Made by a program: the position numbers and the translations under genes. 64,000 nt of DNA from Macrostomum lignano (Eukaryota), in assembly GCA_002269645.1 (NCBI GenBank), contig NIVC01001563.1:1-64000 (forward strand), given 5' to 3'. The notes under the pieces are model-generated. The model did no database searches. It was given only the letters and a program-made list of their open reading frames with translations, and was not told where the DNA came from. Below, in pieces: positions 1 to 12,407 of this stretch (position 1 is the first letter of the stretch; each line of letters begins with the position of its first letter).

Positions 1-1620
1 TTTTATTGTCAAAAAGCTGAGTGTCTCCAAGCCTTCCCGCGCTACGAAGAACACCCTTCGGGTCAAAGAACAGCGAGAGGTTCTTGTTAAGCTGCGTGCG
101 GGCAGTGCTGTCGCAAAGACTGCAAATGTCAGCTTCGAAGTCACGCGACTGCAGCAATTTAATCCAGAACTCCTCCGCTTTTAACAGCTCTGCCGGCGTC
201 AGCTCGACAGTCGTAGCCTGCCACGTCCATTTTAAAATGCTGATGAAATGGAGAACCCACGCTGAAACACGCAGCAATCTAGTCAAGGAATTGATGCACT
301 GCACCTCGATGATGGAGTGGATGCGTGCCGATTGTACCTCTGACGTCGACGTCTGTGTGACTGCGCAGTTGTGTGCATCTTCTTGATGATTTGAGCTTTG
401 GTCGCCTATCACAGGTTGCTCCGGCCAGAGTGAGGAATCCAGAGACAGCCACCAGGACCCCGAAACCAAGGGACATGAATCGAATGCACCTGGCACAACT
501 GGTCGGGTCGCACTGTTGCGGGGTTGTCCCTCCCAGGGAAGAACTGCCACTTCTCCGGTGCCACAGCTGCTCGAACATTGGAAACTCTGTTTTAAATGAA
601 TGACTTCCACAATTTGTGTCGACTTGAGCCACCACAGAACGTCCATGCTGTTGCTCCAGCAGGTGATGAAGCCATGCAGATATTCAGCGCGGAATTCGTT
701 GAGGGCTTGAGCAAGCTCGTTCGCCCATCAACTCTAGCCGTGGAATAGTCGTCGGAGCTATGGGCGCGACGCATGTTTTGCCCATCAGTAGCGCAACTTG
801 GACGTCACCTGAATCAATGTAGACCATAAATAGACACACACTGCGTAGGCCGATTGAGATGCATCACAGAACCCATGAATTTCGCATGCAATGGGCGTCT
901 GTCTGAAGACTCTTCGGTCGAGTGGCATCGTCCAACATCGTAACTCAGCTAAGCATTCAACCCACTGCGAGTGAAGGGGCTCCGGAAGCATAGCGTCCCA
1001 CGGCACCTTTAGTTTGCAGCTCTGCTGAAAAAGCAGTTTGGCTCGCGTCAGCAACGGGCAAAGACGGCCAAGAGGGTCAACATCTTGGAGAATGCTGACA
1101 ATGTCGAATGCTTGGTCAGACGTTTGCCGGACAAGCCGATTGCTGGATGATCACAAATCGGCAAATGGAATGTTGCTATCCGGAATCCATTGCTTGCCAA
1201 GGACCTTGACTGGTGATTTGGTTGAATGTGACACGCCACATCCATCTTCAAGAGCAGTGGTGTTCAGAGCTGAGCATTTTGAGAGCCAGTCGTATATATT
1301 CATCGATGCTTCCAGGAACGCGCTCTGCGTCATGTGATACAATGCCATAGCTTCCTCTTTGGAGTCTGCGCGCAGATACTAGGTTGTCGACGTATGTGTC
1401 CTGAGACAGTTTCAGACAAACGGTTTGGAAGCCTTGGTTATTGTGCGGAAATGGTGAAACAGAACTTCTTGCAGGATTGCTGGACTGGAGATCAGGCCAA
1501 ACACAAGGCGCACATAGCGGAAGACGTGAATACTTGACTTCTTGTCCCTCTAGGTTGACCTGTAGACATACAGGCGACCTTCGGGACCTTCAACGGAGTG
1601 CCACCACGCGGCCCCAATGA
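1..1620 (-). mobile_element. Decayed BEL/Pao LTR-retrotransposon pol fragment (RT, RNase H, downstream pol), continuing off the window start
   Basis: Minus-strand translation across several frames gives HVFRYVRLVFGLISSPAIL, then QDTYVDNLV (Pao-type YVDN RT motif), then VKVLGKQW, then CEIHGFCDASQSAYAVCVYL (Pao RNase H motif). It has multiple frameshifts and stops. No LTR was identified. Confidence 0.85.
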
Positions 1621-2135
1621 TCTGACACCGCCAACATCGTGCTTCTATCAAGGCACCAAATACACCTGGTGGTCTTTCCTCATGGGGAAAAATAGCGTGG
1701 TCTTTCTACTGTTAATTACTGGCAGAAATGCTAGTTTTTTCTTGAACTTTTGCTTTAATTTTTTTATGGTCATTTCCTATCTTTATTTATACAATAAACA
1801 AAATACTATTAAAATTTAAATTATTAATAGTTATAAAAGCTTTGTTGGTTAGTTAGTAGGTAATTTGCATGTTTGATAACTACAAATTCAAAAAAAAAGT
1901 TTAAACAGTTTTAGCGAAACTGCATTGTTGTTTGAAAACTTTTTTATTCAGTCATTAAGATACCTTAGCAGTTTAACAGTAAGATTGATGCATTAACATA
2001 TTAAAAATTTAATTATATATTACTTTATACTCTAAGTAAATTTGTGACAAGGTTTGCATAACAAATCAGTACTTCGAAATTAGTTTTGATTGTTATATAC
2101 CGGTATCAACCAAAGTTTTTGTCACAAATTTTTAG

Positions 2136-4450
2136 TCAAAGTTTTTCCTGGACTATGACCCAACCATTGAGGATTCATTTAGCAAGTCCTGCTACATTGA
2201 CAACGAAATGGCCCGACTGGATATTCTGGACACAGCTGGTATGTCATCTAGCTTGAAATTATCTTCTGGAATATTTAGTAAATCTATTTCGCGTTGCTAT
2301 CACATTATTGAAAATCGCCCATCATACCAGTATGAAGTCCTAATTAGAGATCCCACTATTCAGAGATGGATCCATAATTAAAGATCCCATTATTCAGAGA
2401 TAGATCCCTAATTAAAGATCCCATTATTCAGAGATGGATCCCTAATCAAAGATCCCATTATTCAGAGATAGATCCCTAATTAAAGATCCCATTATTCAGA
2501 GATGATCCCTAATTAAGATCCCATTATTCAAGATGGATCCCTAATTAGAAGATCCCATTATTCAGAGATAGATCCCTAATTAGAGATCCCATTATTCAGA
2601 GATAGATCCCTAATTCAGATCCCATTGAGATAGATCCCTAATTAGAGATCCCATTATTCAGAGATGATCCCTAATTACAGATCCCATTATTCAGAGATAG
2701 ATCCCTAATAAGAGATCCCATTATTCACCGAGATGATCCTAATTAGAGATCCCATTATTCAGAGATAGATCCCTGATTGAGATCCCATTATTCAGAGATG
2801 GATCCCTAATTAGAGATCCCATTATTCAGAGATAGATCCCTAATTAGAGATCCCATTATTCAGAGATGGATCCCTAATAAGAGATCCCATTATACCGAGA
2901 TGGATCTCTAATTAGAGATCCCAATATTCAGAGATAGATCCCTGATTGGAGATCCATTTTTCAGAGATGGATCCCTAATTAGAGATCCCATTATTCAGAG
3001 ATAGATCCCTGATTAGAGATCCCATTATTCAGAGATGGATCCCTAATTAGAGATCCCATTATTCAGAGATGGATCCCTAATTAGAGATTCCATTATTCAC
3101 AGATAGATCCCTGATAAGTGATCCCATTATTAAGAGATGGTCAGATGTACCCTAATTAAATATCCCATTATTCAGAGATCCCATTACCCCAAGATAGATC
3201 CCAAATCAGAGACCTAATTATCCAGGGGTGGAAGTCTCGGAGATCGTTACCCAGGTAAAAATCCTCAATGAGAGAGCCAATTTTCCAATTATTGATTCAA
3301 GTATGCTTCCGACCATGTGCAATTTCAATAATACAAAGCGATCCCAAATAGCTAGACACCAAAAACCATTCACATTACCCTAATGCTGCACATCGCTCAG
3401 GCCAGGAGGAGTTCACGTCAATGCGCGAACAGTACATGCGACTAGGCCAGGCCTTCCTAGTTGTATTCTCTGTCACAGACAGGAAAGGCTTCGAAGAGGT
3501 CGACTCCCTAATCCAGCTAATCTACCGGGTGAAGGACCGCGAAGCGTTCCCCATCATGGTGGCGGTAACAAGATCGACCTGCAGAACGATCGCTGCATCG
3601 ACCAGTCTCTAGCCCAGGAGTTAGTGCAGCGCCATCAGGAATTTAATCCCTACTGCGCTTATATTGAGACTAGCGCAAAGACTCGACTCAACGTTGACTT
3701 GGTATTCCACGACTTGGTGCGACTGCTCAGGTGAGTCAGTTATTCGTTTTTGCTCGATTCGTTATCACTAAGTCGAGTGAGGGAAAAATCTTCGCATTAG
3801 TATCTATGCATTTTGTTTATTTCCTCTGTACGCTAATGGGGCTAAGTGTCAAAAAGCTACTGTATTTTTGTTCAGTTTTTTATACTAAACTACGGCAATT
3901 AAAATCGTTGCTTTAAAAAAATCAAACTTCCTGTCATTTTTCGGGCGACGCTTCCGGTCAGTTTGGTGTTAGAATCCTCTAAAGTGTTTAACACACAATT
4001 ATATATTTAATTGCTATAATGTTAAATAGTATTTTATAGCATAGTTATATAACGACGTAGTTAACGTCTGAGGATGTTTGAGTAGAGACTGAGGATGTTG
4101 GAGTAGGGACTGAGGATGTTGGAGTAGGGACTGAGGATGTTGGAGTAGAGACTGAGCATGTTGGAGTAGAGACTGAGGATGTTGGAGTAGGGACTGAGCA
4201 TGTTGGAGTAGGGACTGAGCATGTTGGAGTAGGGACTGAGGAAGTTGGAGTAGGACTCGTACTCAGATCTTATACATCCATATTTCTGGTATGTATGGTA
4301 GGACTGAGGAAGGACTCAGCAGCGCACCTAGCAGCCAAAAGAATTCCATGGAAGCTGATCTCAGTTGCCCCCATCCCCCCAAATTTCAGACTGTACAACG
4401 CCAAAGGCGGCAGTAAGCAGGCCAAGAAATCGAAGTGCAGCCTATTGTAA
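2136..4450 (+). CDS. R-Ras/M-Ras-like small GTPase, 5' exon missing, one apparent -1 frameshift near 3564
   Basis: Exons 2136-2238 ([15 protein letters not shown]...LDILDTAG), 3401-3730 ([13 protein letters not shown]...; NKID and ETSAK appear after a one-base shift at gtggcggtaac) and 4390-4450 ([20 protein letters not shown], CaaX box). All junctions are GT-AG and phase-compatible. The P-loop exon was not found. Confidence 0.88.
2340..3200. repeat. 34-bp intronic minisatellite (gatccctaattagagatcccattattcagagata), ~24 copies
   Basis: Direct periodicity inside Ras intron 2239-3400, with many single-base indel variants. Confidence 0.95.
4068..4260. repeat. 21-bp intronic minisatellite (ctgaggatgttggagtaggga), ~9 copies
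   Basis: Direct periodicity in the last Ras intron. Confidence 0.95.
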
Positions 4451-5169
4451 TTACCCCTGCTCCGTCCCTTTGCCTTGTCTCAGTTCTGCGTCACACTCCC
4501 CTGTGCTTATTGGTGTACACTGCACTACCAATCCATTTGTTTTTGTTAACGCGGTAACTCTATAACGGATTTCTTAGATTATCTGCTACATAGGGTCGTT
4601 TTTTGGAAATTTTTTGAAGTCCCAATCCAATGTCTTATGCTCATAATTGTATATAATACTGTCTGTTATTATTGTCTTCGTAGATTATCATAATTGTGTT
4701 TTTTGCGCTATTCTCAGCGCTCTATTAAATAATTATTTTACGAGTATATTATCCTATTTTTGCATAGCTGCGACTAAGCTAGTGGAATCCTTGTCGTTTG
4801 TCTTTATGTACCATCTGGTTCAACCGCTGCTGAAATCTGATAGCTAGGATGCAATAGTAAGCATAAGTCTTTATCTTATCAATTAGTGTTAATTAATGCG
4901 CTTCTTCTTTCTCCGAGTCAGTCTAATGATAAAGTCCGACTGCTTTTCTATTTCCTCGTGTATGTACTATAATTGTATTAGTCTCCGGGTATTATTCAGA
5001 GTCATTAATCGTCTGTAAAATCGGTTTCTGTTGCACATTCACCTGCCAGCCGTGGTAAAATACCCAGCAGCCTACGTTCCTCTAAGAATTTCTAAGAATT
5101 CCCTTATCTATAGAATCATCTAATGCTAGGCCGACCTGACCCACTTAGTCTACCCAAGCAAAACTTTCC

Positions 5170-5390
5170 TACCCCTCAATGTACATGCGCTCCTCACCAG
5201 ACCCATCCCAACCACGCAAACTTATCTATCTTATCTACCCCTCGATGTACATGCGCTCTTCACCAGACTCACCCCAACCACGCAAACTTATCTATCTTAT
5301 CTACCCCTCGATGTACATGCGCTCTTCACCAGACTCACCCCAACCACGCAAACTTATCTATCTTATCTACCCCTCGATGTACATGCTCTT
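5170..5390. repeat. 66-bp tandem repeat, ~3.3 copies
   Basis: The unit ccctcgatgtacatgcgctcttcaccagactcaccccaaccacgcaaacttatctatcttatctac is repeated. It explains ORFs 5123 and 5179. Confidence 0.95.
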
Positions 5391-8300
5391 GACCATGCCC
5401 GCCCAATGTACATATTATCGACCCAATCCAGGCTCGCATGCTCTGAAAACCGAGCGTCCCCTTCCGCCTTCCACTTTCATCTGTTGTAAATTTCTTTTAC
5501 CATGTTAGAATGGTTATTTATAATTGCTTCAGTCATTAGCAAGGGTTGATACGCAGTCAGTTCATGGTGTGAAGTTTATTTAGCCAGCTTCTACTGCTAA
5601 CTGTACTGCTATATGTGTCTCTTACACAACTAGCACAGGCTCCTGCTGGGCCGTCTGAGAAATGTTTGCTAGCAAGGGGGAAGGAAATGTTGTGCCTGCA
5701 AATAATATACAGATTGTATTGCATCTGGTTTAAGCAATCATTTTTCAGCTATACATTTTGCGTCTTCATGCGCTCGCACGTTTACTATCCATTTTTATTC
5801 ACAGGTTCAAAAATGATTTTTAGCCAGTATCACAATGGTTAATTCCTAATATATTCGCTTAATTATTCTAATTAATTGCTATTGTCTTCCATTGCCAGAT
5901 TGTGCTGTTCTGTATAACAAAACCTTTCTGTCAGTCAGCAAAGGCGCTGCTAACTAACAATGTCCTACAATTATTGGCTGATCTCCGCTGTCACAGCCCC
6001 TCTGTTGGCAGTTCAGTCGGTGGACACAAGTTCTTGCTTATTTTGCTTTCATTCGTCCGTTTTTTGTTTTCGATTTACTAATGCACTTGTAGGCCGCACT
6101 TGTCAGATGCCGCTAAGTATACTTTCAGTTCGGACAGTACAGCCAAATCTACCCGCGTAGCCCTTCTGCACAATGTGTATAGATACCGGAGTTATACACG
6201 AGCTTCCAACTACCTTCTTGTACCGCTTCCAACCCGCTCCGCTTGCCTGCTGCCCAAAATAGAATTGTTTTTGCTACTCGTAACAAGTAGTCTGTACCGC
6301 GATTAATACGAGCGTAGCTGCACCTATTAATTCTTATTTTATTCTCGCAAGCTAGTTGTCTACGCATGCAACTTTTGCTATAATAAGGCGCTTGTCAAAA
6401 ATTGTTGTCGGGATTAAAGTTAAATAATTTCGTCATGCACGTCTTATCCAGTGCTTTAAAACTTCCTAATATTAATTCAATCATATAAACTACGGCCGTA
6501 TATTTTCTCCGTTTATTGCATGCTGCAGATAAGCACGGCAAATATATGCATATACACGATTCTGCATGCCAATTTACTAATTGGAAAAATCCTGTCGTTG
6601 GTTTTTATTCGACTTCAGTTTTGTTCAACAGTTTACAAGTCCTAAATTCCTAATGCAAGTAATAAAGGTGCACACGCAAGGACTCCATCATGTACTAGAC
6701 TGTATATTCCAGTGGTCCTACTAGGCACCACATAAATTACGAAACGCACGCATGTACATGTAAGAACTGTTAGAATGATGCTGCGGTCAAAATTGTTCCG
6801 ACAAATTAGATAAACTACATTAGATTTGTATGATAGAAAATATAGTGGGCAGGAAAAAAAAAATTCATACGCATGAGCTTTTTAATGAGATGAACTACCC
6901 TGTAAAAAATAAAAGTAAAATACATGCTTCACATATGCTTCATATATGCAATCAAAGTACCCCAAAAGCTGTTTGCATTTTCAAATTCAGGAATCCTGCC
7001 CTTTTTGATGCAAACCATCCTGTTATCTTCTTTAGTAGTCCTTTGCCTCGGCCTTAGGATAAGGAGCAAATAATGGCGATAAAGTTGCCCCCCTAGAAAC
7101 TATTGGCATTCCCTAACAGAAATTTTGGCTGCGTCAATTACAGAAAGAAAATTTCATTATGCTTTAGTTTAGTTAACACTCCGGTTCATTTTCGACAAGT
7201 TACCCGATTTTGTCAATCCTGGGTCCTGACCATAAATCGTATTTGTTTTATTTTAGAATTTAAATTAATTTTTCCAAAAAGTAGTTTCTTAGAAGCGCTT
7301 GTCAACATTTTGATAGTACCAACTATGCCAGCTACAAGTGTCATGATTATAGAACGAAAATATGTCGCCATAGGATTTATCATGGGTTACAATGCAACTT
7401 TTACGGGCTTTTTTATTATTTAAAAATTTATGATAAAAGTTAAACCACTAACGCGATTCAAATCATGTGGATATTTATTAAAATATAATGCACGGCATAA
7501 TCCATCCTAGTCCAAAAATCATTCGTATCATTTTGTGACTTGTGGGATGTTTAGTTTTGCACAAATAAATAAAGTATTACTATTAGCGCTTAGAATTTTG
7601 ACACCTTGACACTTAACACTTAGAAAGCTCTATGTATAATCGAAACAGCAAATTAGTACATTTTTCAGATGCATTTGAGCCAATTTCAGAGTCAGATGCT
7701 ATCATATTTTCGAAACTTTTGAGACTCGAGATCTTTACTTTCGAGATGATCGAGATTCGAGATTATGCCTAAGTAACATTTAGTAGGCCTACTTATACTA
7801 TTTTATCTATCAATGCTAATAATGGCTACCAGTGACTTCGGCGCGGCAACAACAAAACAAATTAGCAAAGGACACTTTGGGCTGTTTGGCGACAGTTTAG
7901 GAACAACTGAACATTTCGAGTGACAAAAGGGGACATTTTGGCAAAAAGCCAACAAAATAAACTTATGAATGAAATTATACTGCGTGCTGAATAAAATTTT
8001 AATTTGATTTGATGAGTGATTTATATAAATCAATCTATCGCCAATGACAATGTCTTGTTGCCAAAGTGACTGGTACCCACCCATAGTCAGGATCATGGCA
8101 TGCCTGTGCCAGAACAAATTCTATCAAAAAATTTTGATTGCGCTGTGTGCCGGAACAAATCCTATCAAAAAGTTTGCTTGCAGCATACACTGAAACTAGG
8201 CCTATTTTTTATCAAAAAAAGTTTGCTCATACTATGTATTGCAACTTTTTGAAAAAATGCAAACATAGGCCCTACTAGTAAAACTTGTATTTGAATCTGT

Positions 8301-9552
8301 TTCATAGAAAAGGCAATGTTAATGTAAAAAAGACATCAATATACTAGCAATTTGCAGCAAGCAAAAAAGTGCTAATAAAAAATCTATATAATCTATTTAA
8401 TTGAATCTAAAAATTACATGCTAATTTTCTGTCAGAGAAAATATTGTCTTGTCGGAAGCTTTTGTCTTGCCCTAAATTATGCCAATTTTTTGTCTTGCAT
8501 TGTACTATACCAGATTTTTCTCCCTTGCTTGCTGTTGATGTCCAACCCCATTTTGTGCTAGAATTTTCCATGAAAAAGGCCATTTTCCTGACTATGGGTA
8601 CTACCCACTAATAATAATATTGTTATTTGTTAAATGTGTACTATGGTGATAAATAATCAATGGTGTAGCTAAGATTTTAAAAAGAGTGGATAGGCCTAGG
8701 GACAAAATTGTAGACTAAAAAACTTTACCATTTTTTGCTTAAGATATGCATTTTAAAAGTACCAAAACCATGTTTATTGGGCTAAAAAAACTTTTTTTTT
8801 GTTAAAATCTAAATAAAGCCAATAGATGTCTATCCTATCTATGGTATTTTAGGAACTATGGTCCTACTAAGGATTCACAGAAATATTGTTTAAAACATTT
8901 TAATAGTAATTTATAGCTGAAATAGGCCAATTTTTTAGCAATTTTGCCAAGTCAGCCATTTTATTTTGTATTTTTTAAAAAACCTCATTTTTTATTATAA
9001 ATCATCAAAATAGGGAGAGATATATCCCTATATCCCCTTCCCCCAAGTATACCACTAGTGATAATAGTCAATAAAAGAAAAAAAAAATCCTATATACTAA
9101 AAATGAGTTGTCTGTATGTGGGTAGGTAGGTAAGTATGCAATAGATTTCAGAAAAAATGGCTCAACTGATTTTCTTCAAACTTGCACCATTCGATCAGAA
9201 ATTTTCCTGGGATGGTACATGCATCTTGGCTAAGAAATTGCTCAATATTAAAGGGATTAAATATTCGAAAAACATGCTTTTTTGCAAAGGTCAAGCAAAA
9301 TTTTCGACTTAAAACCCATTGTAAAAATGCTAGAGAAAAAACTGACTGGCTGAATTCTGATTCTGATAAAGATTGCATCACAACAAGTTGAAAACAGTGC
9401 CAAAGAAATGCACACACGACTTGATTTAAATTGCGTAACCATATTGCTAACTTAAAATGAGACTGGTACTGGCTGACTGATATATTGATTATGTCATAAC
9501 TTTTTACTCTAATTGACTTGCTGTAAGAATTGAATTATAAGGGGCCTAAGGG

Positions 9553-12407
9553 CCACAATTCATGTTCTCCAATTGAAAAGAGATAGCCTATATACGAACA
9601 GACTGGACTGCCAACGTAGCGACCTGGGTTCGAATCTTAGTAGTGAAAAATAATTTTTTTATTAAAACACTTTGAAAACACGAAACTGCTAAACATAAAA
9701 AAGCACAATGTCAAACATAAAAGAGGCACCATGTCAAACATTACATGGGCACCATGTAAAACATATATGTGACTCTTTGTCAAACATTAAAGAGCCACCA
9801 CGTCGAACATTAAAGAGCCACCATGTCGAAGATTAAAGAGCCACCATTTCGAACATAAAAGAGCCACCATTTCGAATATTAAAGAGCCACCATTTCGAAC
9901 ATTAAAGAGCTACCATTTTGAACATTAAAGAGCCACCATTTTAAACATTAAAGAGCCACCATGTCAAACATTTAGGAGCCACAATGTCAAACATTTAAGA
10001 GCCACCATGTCGAAAATAAAGAGCCACCATTTCGAACATTAAAGAGCCACCATGTCAAACATTTAGGAGCCACCATGTCAAACATTAAAGAGCCACCATG
10101 TCAAACATTAAAGAGCCACTTTGTCGAACATTAAAGAGCCACCATTTCGAACATTAAAGAGCCACCATTTCGAACATTAAAGAGCTACCATTTTGAACAT
10201 TAAAGAGCCACCATGTCAAACATTTAGGAGCAACCATGTCAAACATTTAGGAGCCACCATGTCAAACATATATGTGACTTTATGTCAAAAATTAAAGAGC
10301 CACCATGTCTAACATAAAAGAGCCACCATGTCGAACATTAAAGAGCCACCATTTCGAACATTAAAGAGCCACCGTGTCAAAAAATTAAGAGCCACCATGT
10401 CAAACATTAAAGAGCCACTTTGTCGAACATTAAAGAGCGCCATGTCAAACTTAAAAGAGCCAACATGTCAGACATTAAAAAGCCACCGTATCAAACATAA
10501 AGAGTTACCGTGTAGAACAAAAAAGAGCCACCATATCGAACAAAAAAGAGCCACCATGCCAAACATTTAGAAGCCACCATGTCAAAGATTTAAAAGCCAC
10601 CATGTCAAACATTTAAGAGCCACCATGCAACCATTTAAGAGCCACCATGTCAAACATAGAAGAGCCACCATGTCAAACCTAAAAGAGCCACCATGTCTAA
10701 CATAAAAAAGCCACCATATCGAACATTAAAGAGCCACCATGTCAAAAATTAAAGAGCCATTATGTCAAACCTAAAAGAGCCACCATGTCGAACATTAAAG
10801 GGCCACCATGTAGAACATTAAAGAGCCACCATGTCAAACATTAAAGAACCACCATGTCGAACATTAAAGAACCACCATGTTAAACATTAAAGAGCCACCA
10901 TGTCAAAAATAGAAGAGCCACCATGTCAAACATAAAAAAGCCACCATGTCTAACATTAAAGAGCCACCATGTCAAACATTAAAGAGCCACCATGTCGAAC
11001 ATTAAAGAGCCTCCATGTCTAACATTAAAGAGCCACCATGTCAAACCTAAAAGAGCCACCATGTCAAACATAAATCTGGCATGATGTCAAACAATAAAGT
11101 GCTACCATATCGAACATTAAAGAGCCACCATGTCTAAAAGTAAAGAGCCACCATGTCGAACATTAAAGGGTCACCATGTAGAACATTAAAGAGCCGTACC
11201 ATGTCAGACATTAAAAAGCCACCGTATCAAACGTAAAAGAGTTACCATGTAGATTATAGAACAAAAAAGAGCCACCATGTAAAACATTTAGGAGCCACCA
11301 TGTAAAACATTTAGGAGGCCACCATGTCAAACATAAAGAGCCACCATGTAAAACATTTAGGAGCCACCATGTCAAACATATATGTGACTTTATGACAAAC
11401 ATTAAAGAGCCACAATTTAAAACATTAAAGAGCCACTATGTCGAACATTAAAGAGCCACCATGTCTAACATAAAAGAGCTATACCATGAAGAAAATTAAA
11501 GAGCCACCATGTCGAACATTAAAGAGCCACCATTTCGAACATTAAAGAGCCACCATTTCGAACATTAAAGAGCCACCATGTCAAAGATTTAAGAGCCACT
11601 ATTTTGAACATAAAAAGAGCCACCATGTCAAACATTCAAAAGCCGCATTGTCAAACATTAAAGAGCCATTAGGTCGTACATTAAAGAGCCACCATTTCGA
11701 ATAATAAAGAGCCACCATGTCAAACATAAAAGAGCCACTATTTTGAACATAAAAAGAGCCACCATTTCGAACATAAAAGAGCCACCATGTCGAACATAAA
11801 AGAGCCACTATTTTGAACATAAAAAGAGCCACCATTTCGAACATAAAAGAGCCACCATGTCAAACATAAAAGAGCTACCAAGTTAGACATAGAAGAGCCA
11901 CCATGTGAAACATATATGTGACTCCATGTCAAACATTAAAGAGCCACCGTTTCTAACATTAAGGAGCCACCATGACAAACATAAAACTGGCACAAACATA
12001 AATTGTCAAACATTAAAGAGCCACCATGTAGAACATAAAATAGCCACCATTTCAAACACAGGAGAGACATTTTCAAACGTAATAAGAAGCGTCATGCCAA
12101 TCATAAAGGAGCCCTTAGAAAGCTAAAAGGAAATGTTGCACCATATTCTTTTTGTCTGGTGGATGCTTGCTATTTAAGGATAGATACTTGCTATCAATTG
12201 GATGCTTGCTATCTGGGGGTGCTTGCTATCTGGGGGTGCTTGCTATCTGGGGGTGCTTGCTATCTGGGAGGAGGGGGGTGTTTGCTGTCTTGGGATGTTT
12301 TTTTTTGCATTGCGCTTCATTTGAGCAGTTTTTCTGTTGTCTTTGTGAAGACTCTATTTGGCCGGGTTTTTTTACTTGTAGAGAACAGAAGTTCTATCCA
12401 GATGTCC
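9553..12407 (+). repeat. Composite repeat unit copy 1: tRNA-like head, ~100 x 23-bp satellite, conserved spacer, short 18-bp array, conserved tail
   Basis: 23-bp unit gagccaccatgtcaaacattaaa spans ~9705-12050. The 18-bp unit gggatgcttgctatctgg spans ~12160-12290. The non-repetitive head, spacer and tail align with copy 2. Confidence 0.92.
9583..9660 (+). ncRNA. Degenerate tRNA-like sequence with Pol III B box (copy 1)
   Basis: tagcctatatacgaacagactggactgccaacgtagcgacctgggttcgaatcttagtagtg, followed by a T7 run. The T-arm ctggg-ttcgaat-cttag can pair. Confidence 0.45.

Noticed and set aside
3555-3575. Programmed ribosomal frameshifting in Ras, KSR, PKG or the LOTUS gene
   Set aside because: There is no X XXY YYZ slippery heptamer at the sites, the shifts go in both directions, and all can be fixed at short G/C runs typical of long-read error.
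8655-9060. Possible old hAT-like MITE (caatggtgtagct … gtataccactag)
   Set aside because: The terminal match is too short and degenerate, and no TSD is visible.
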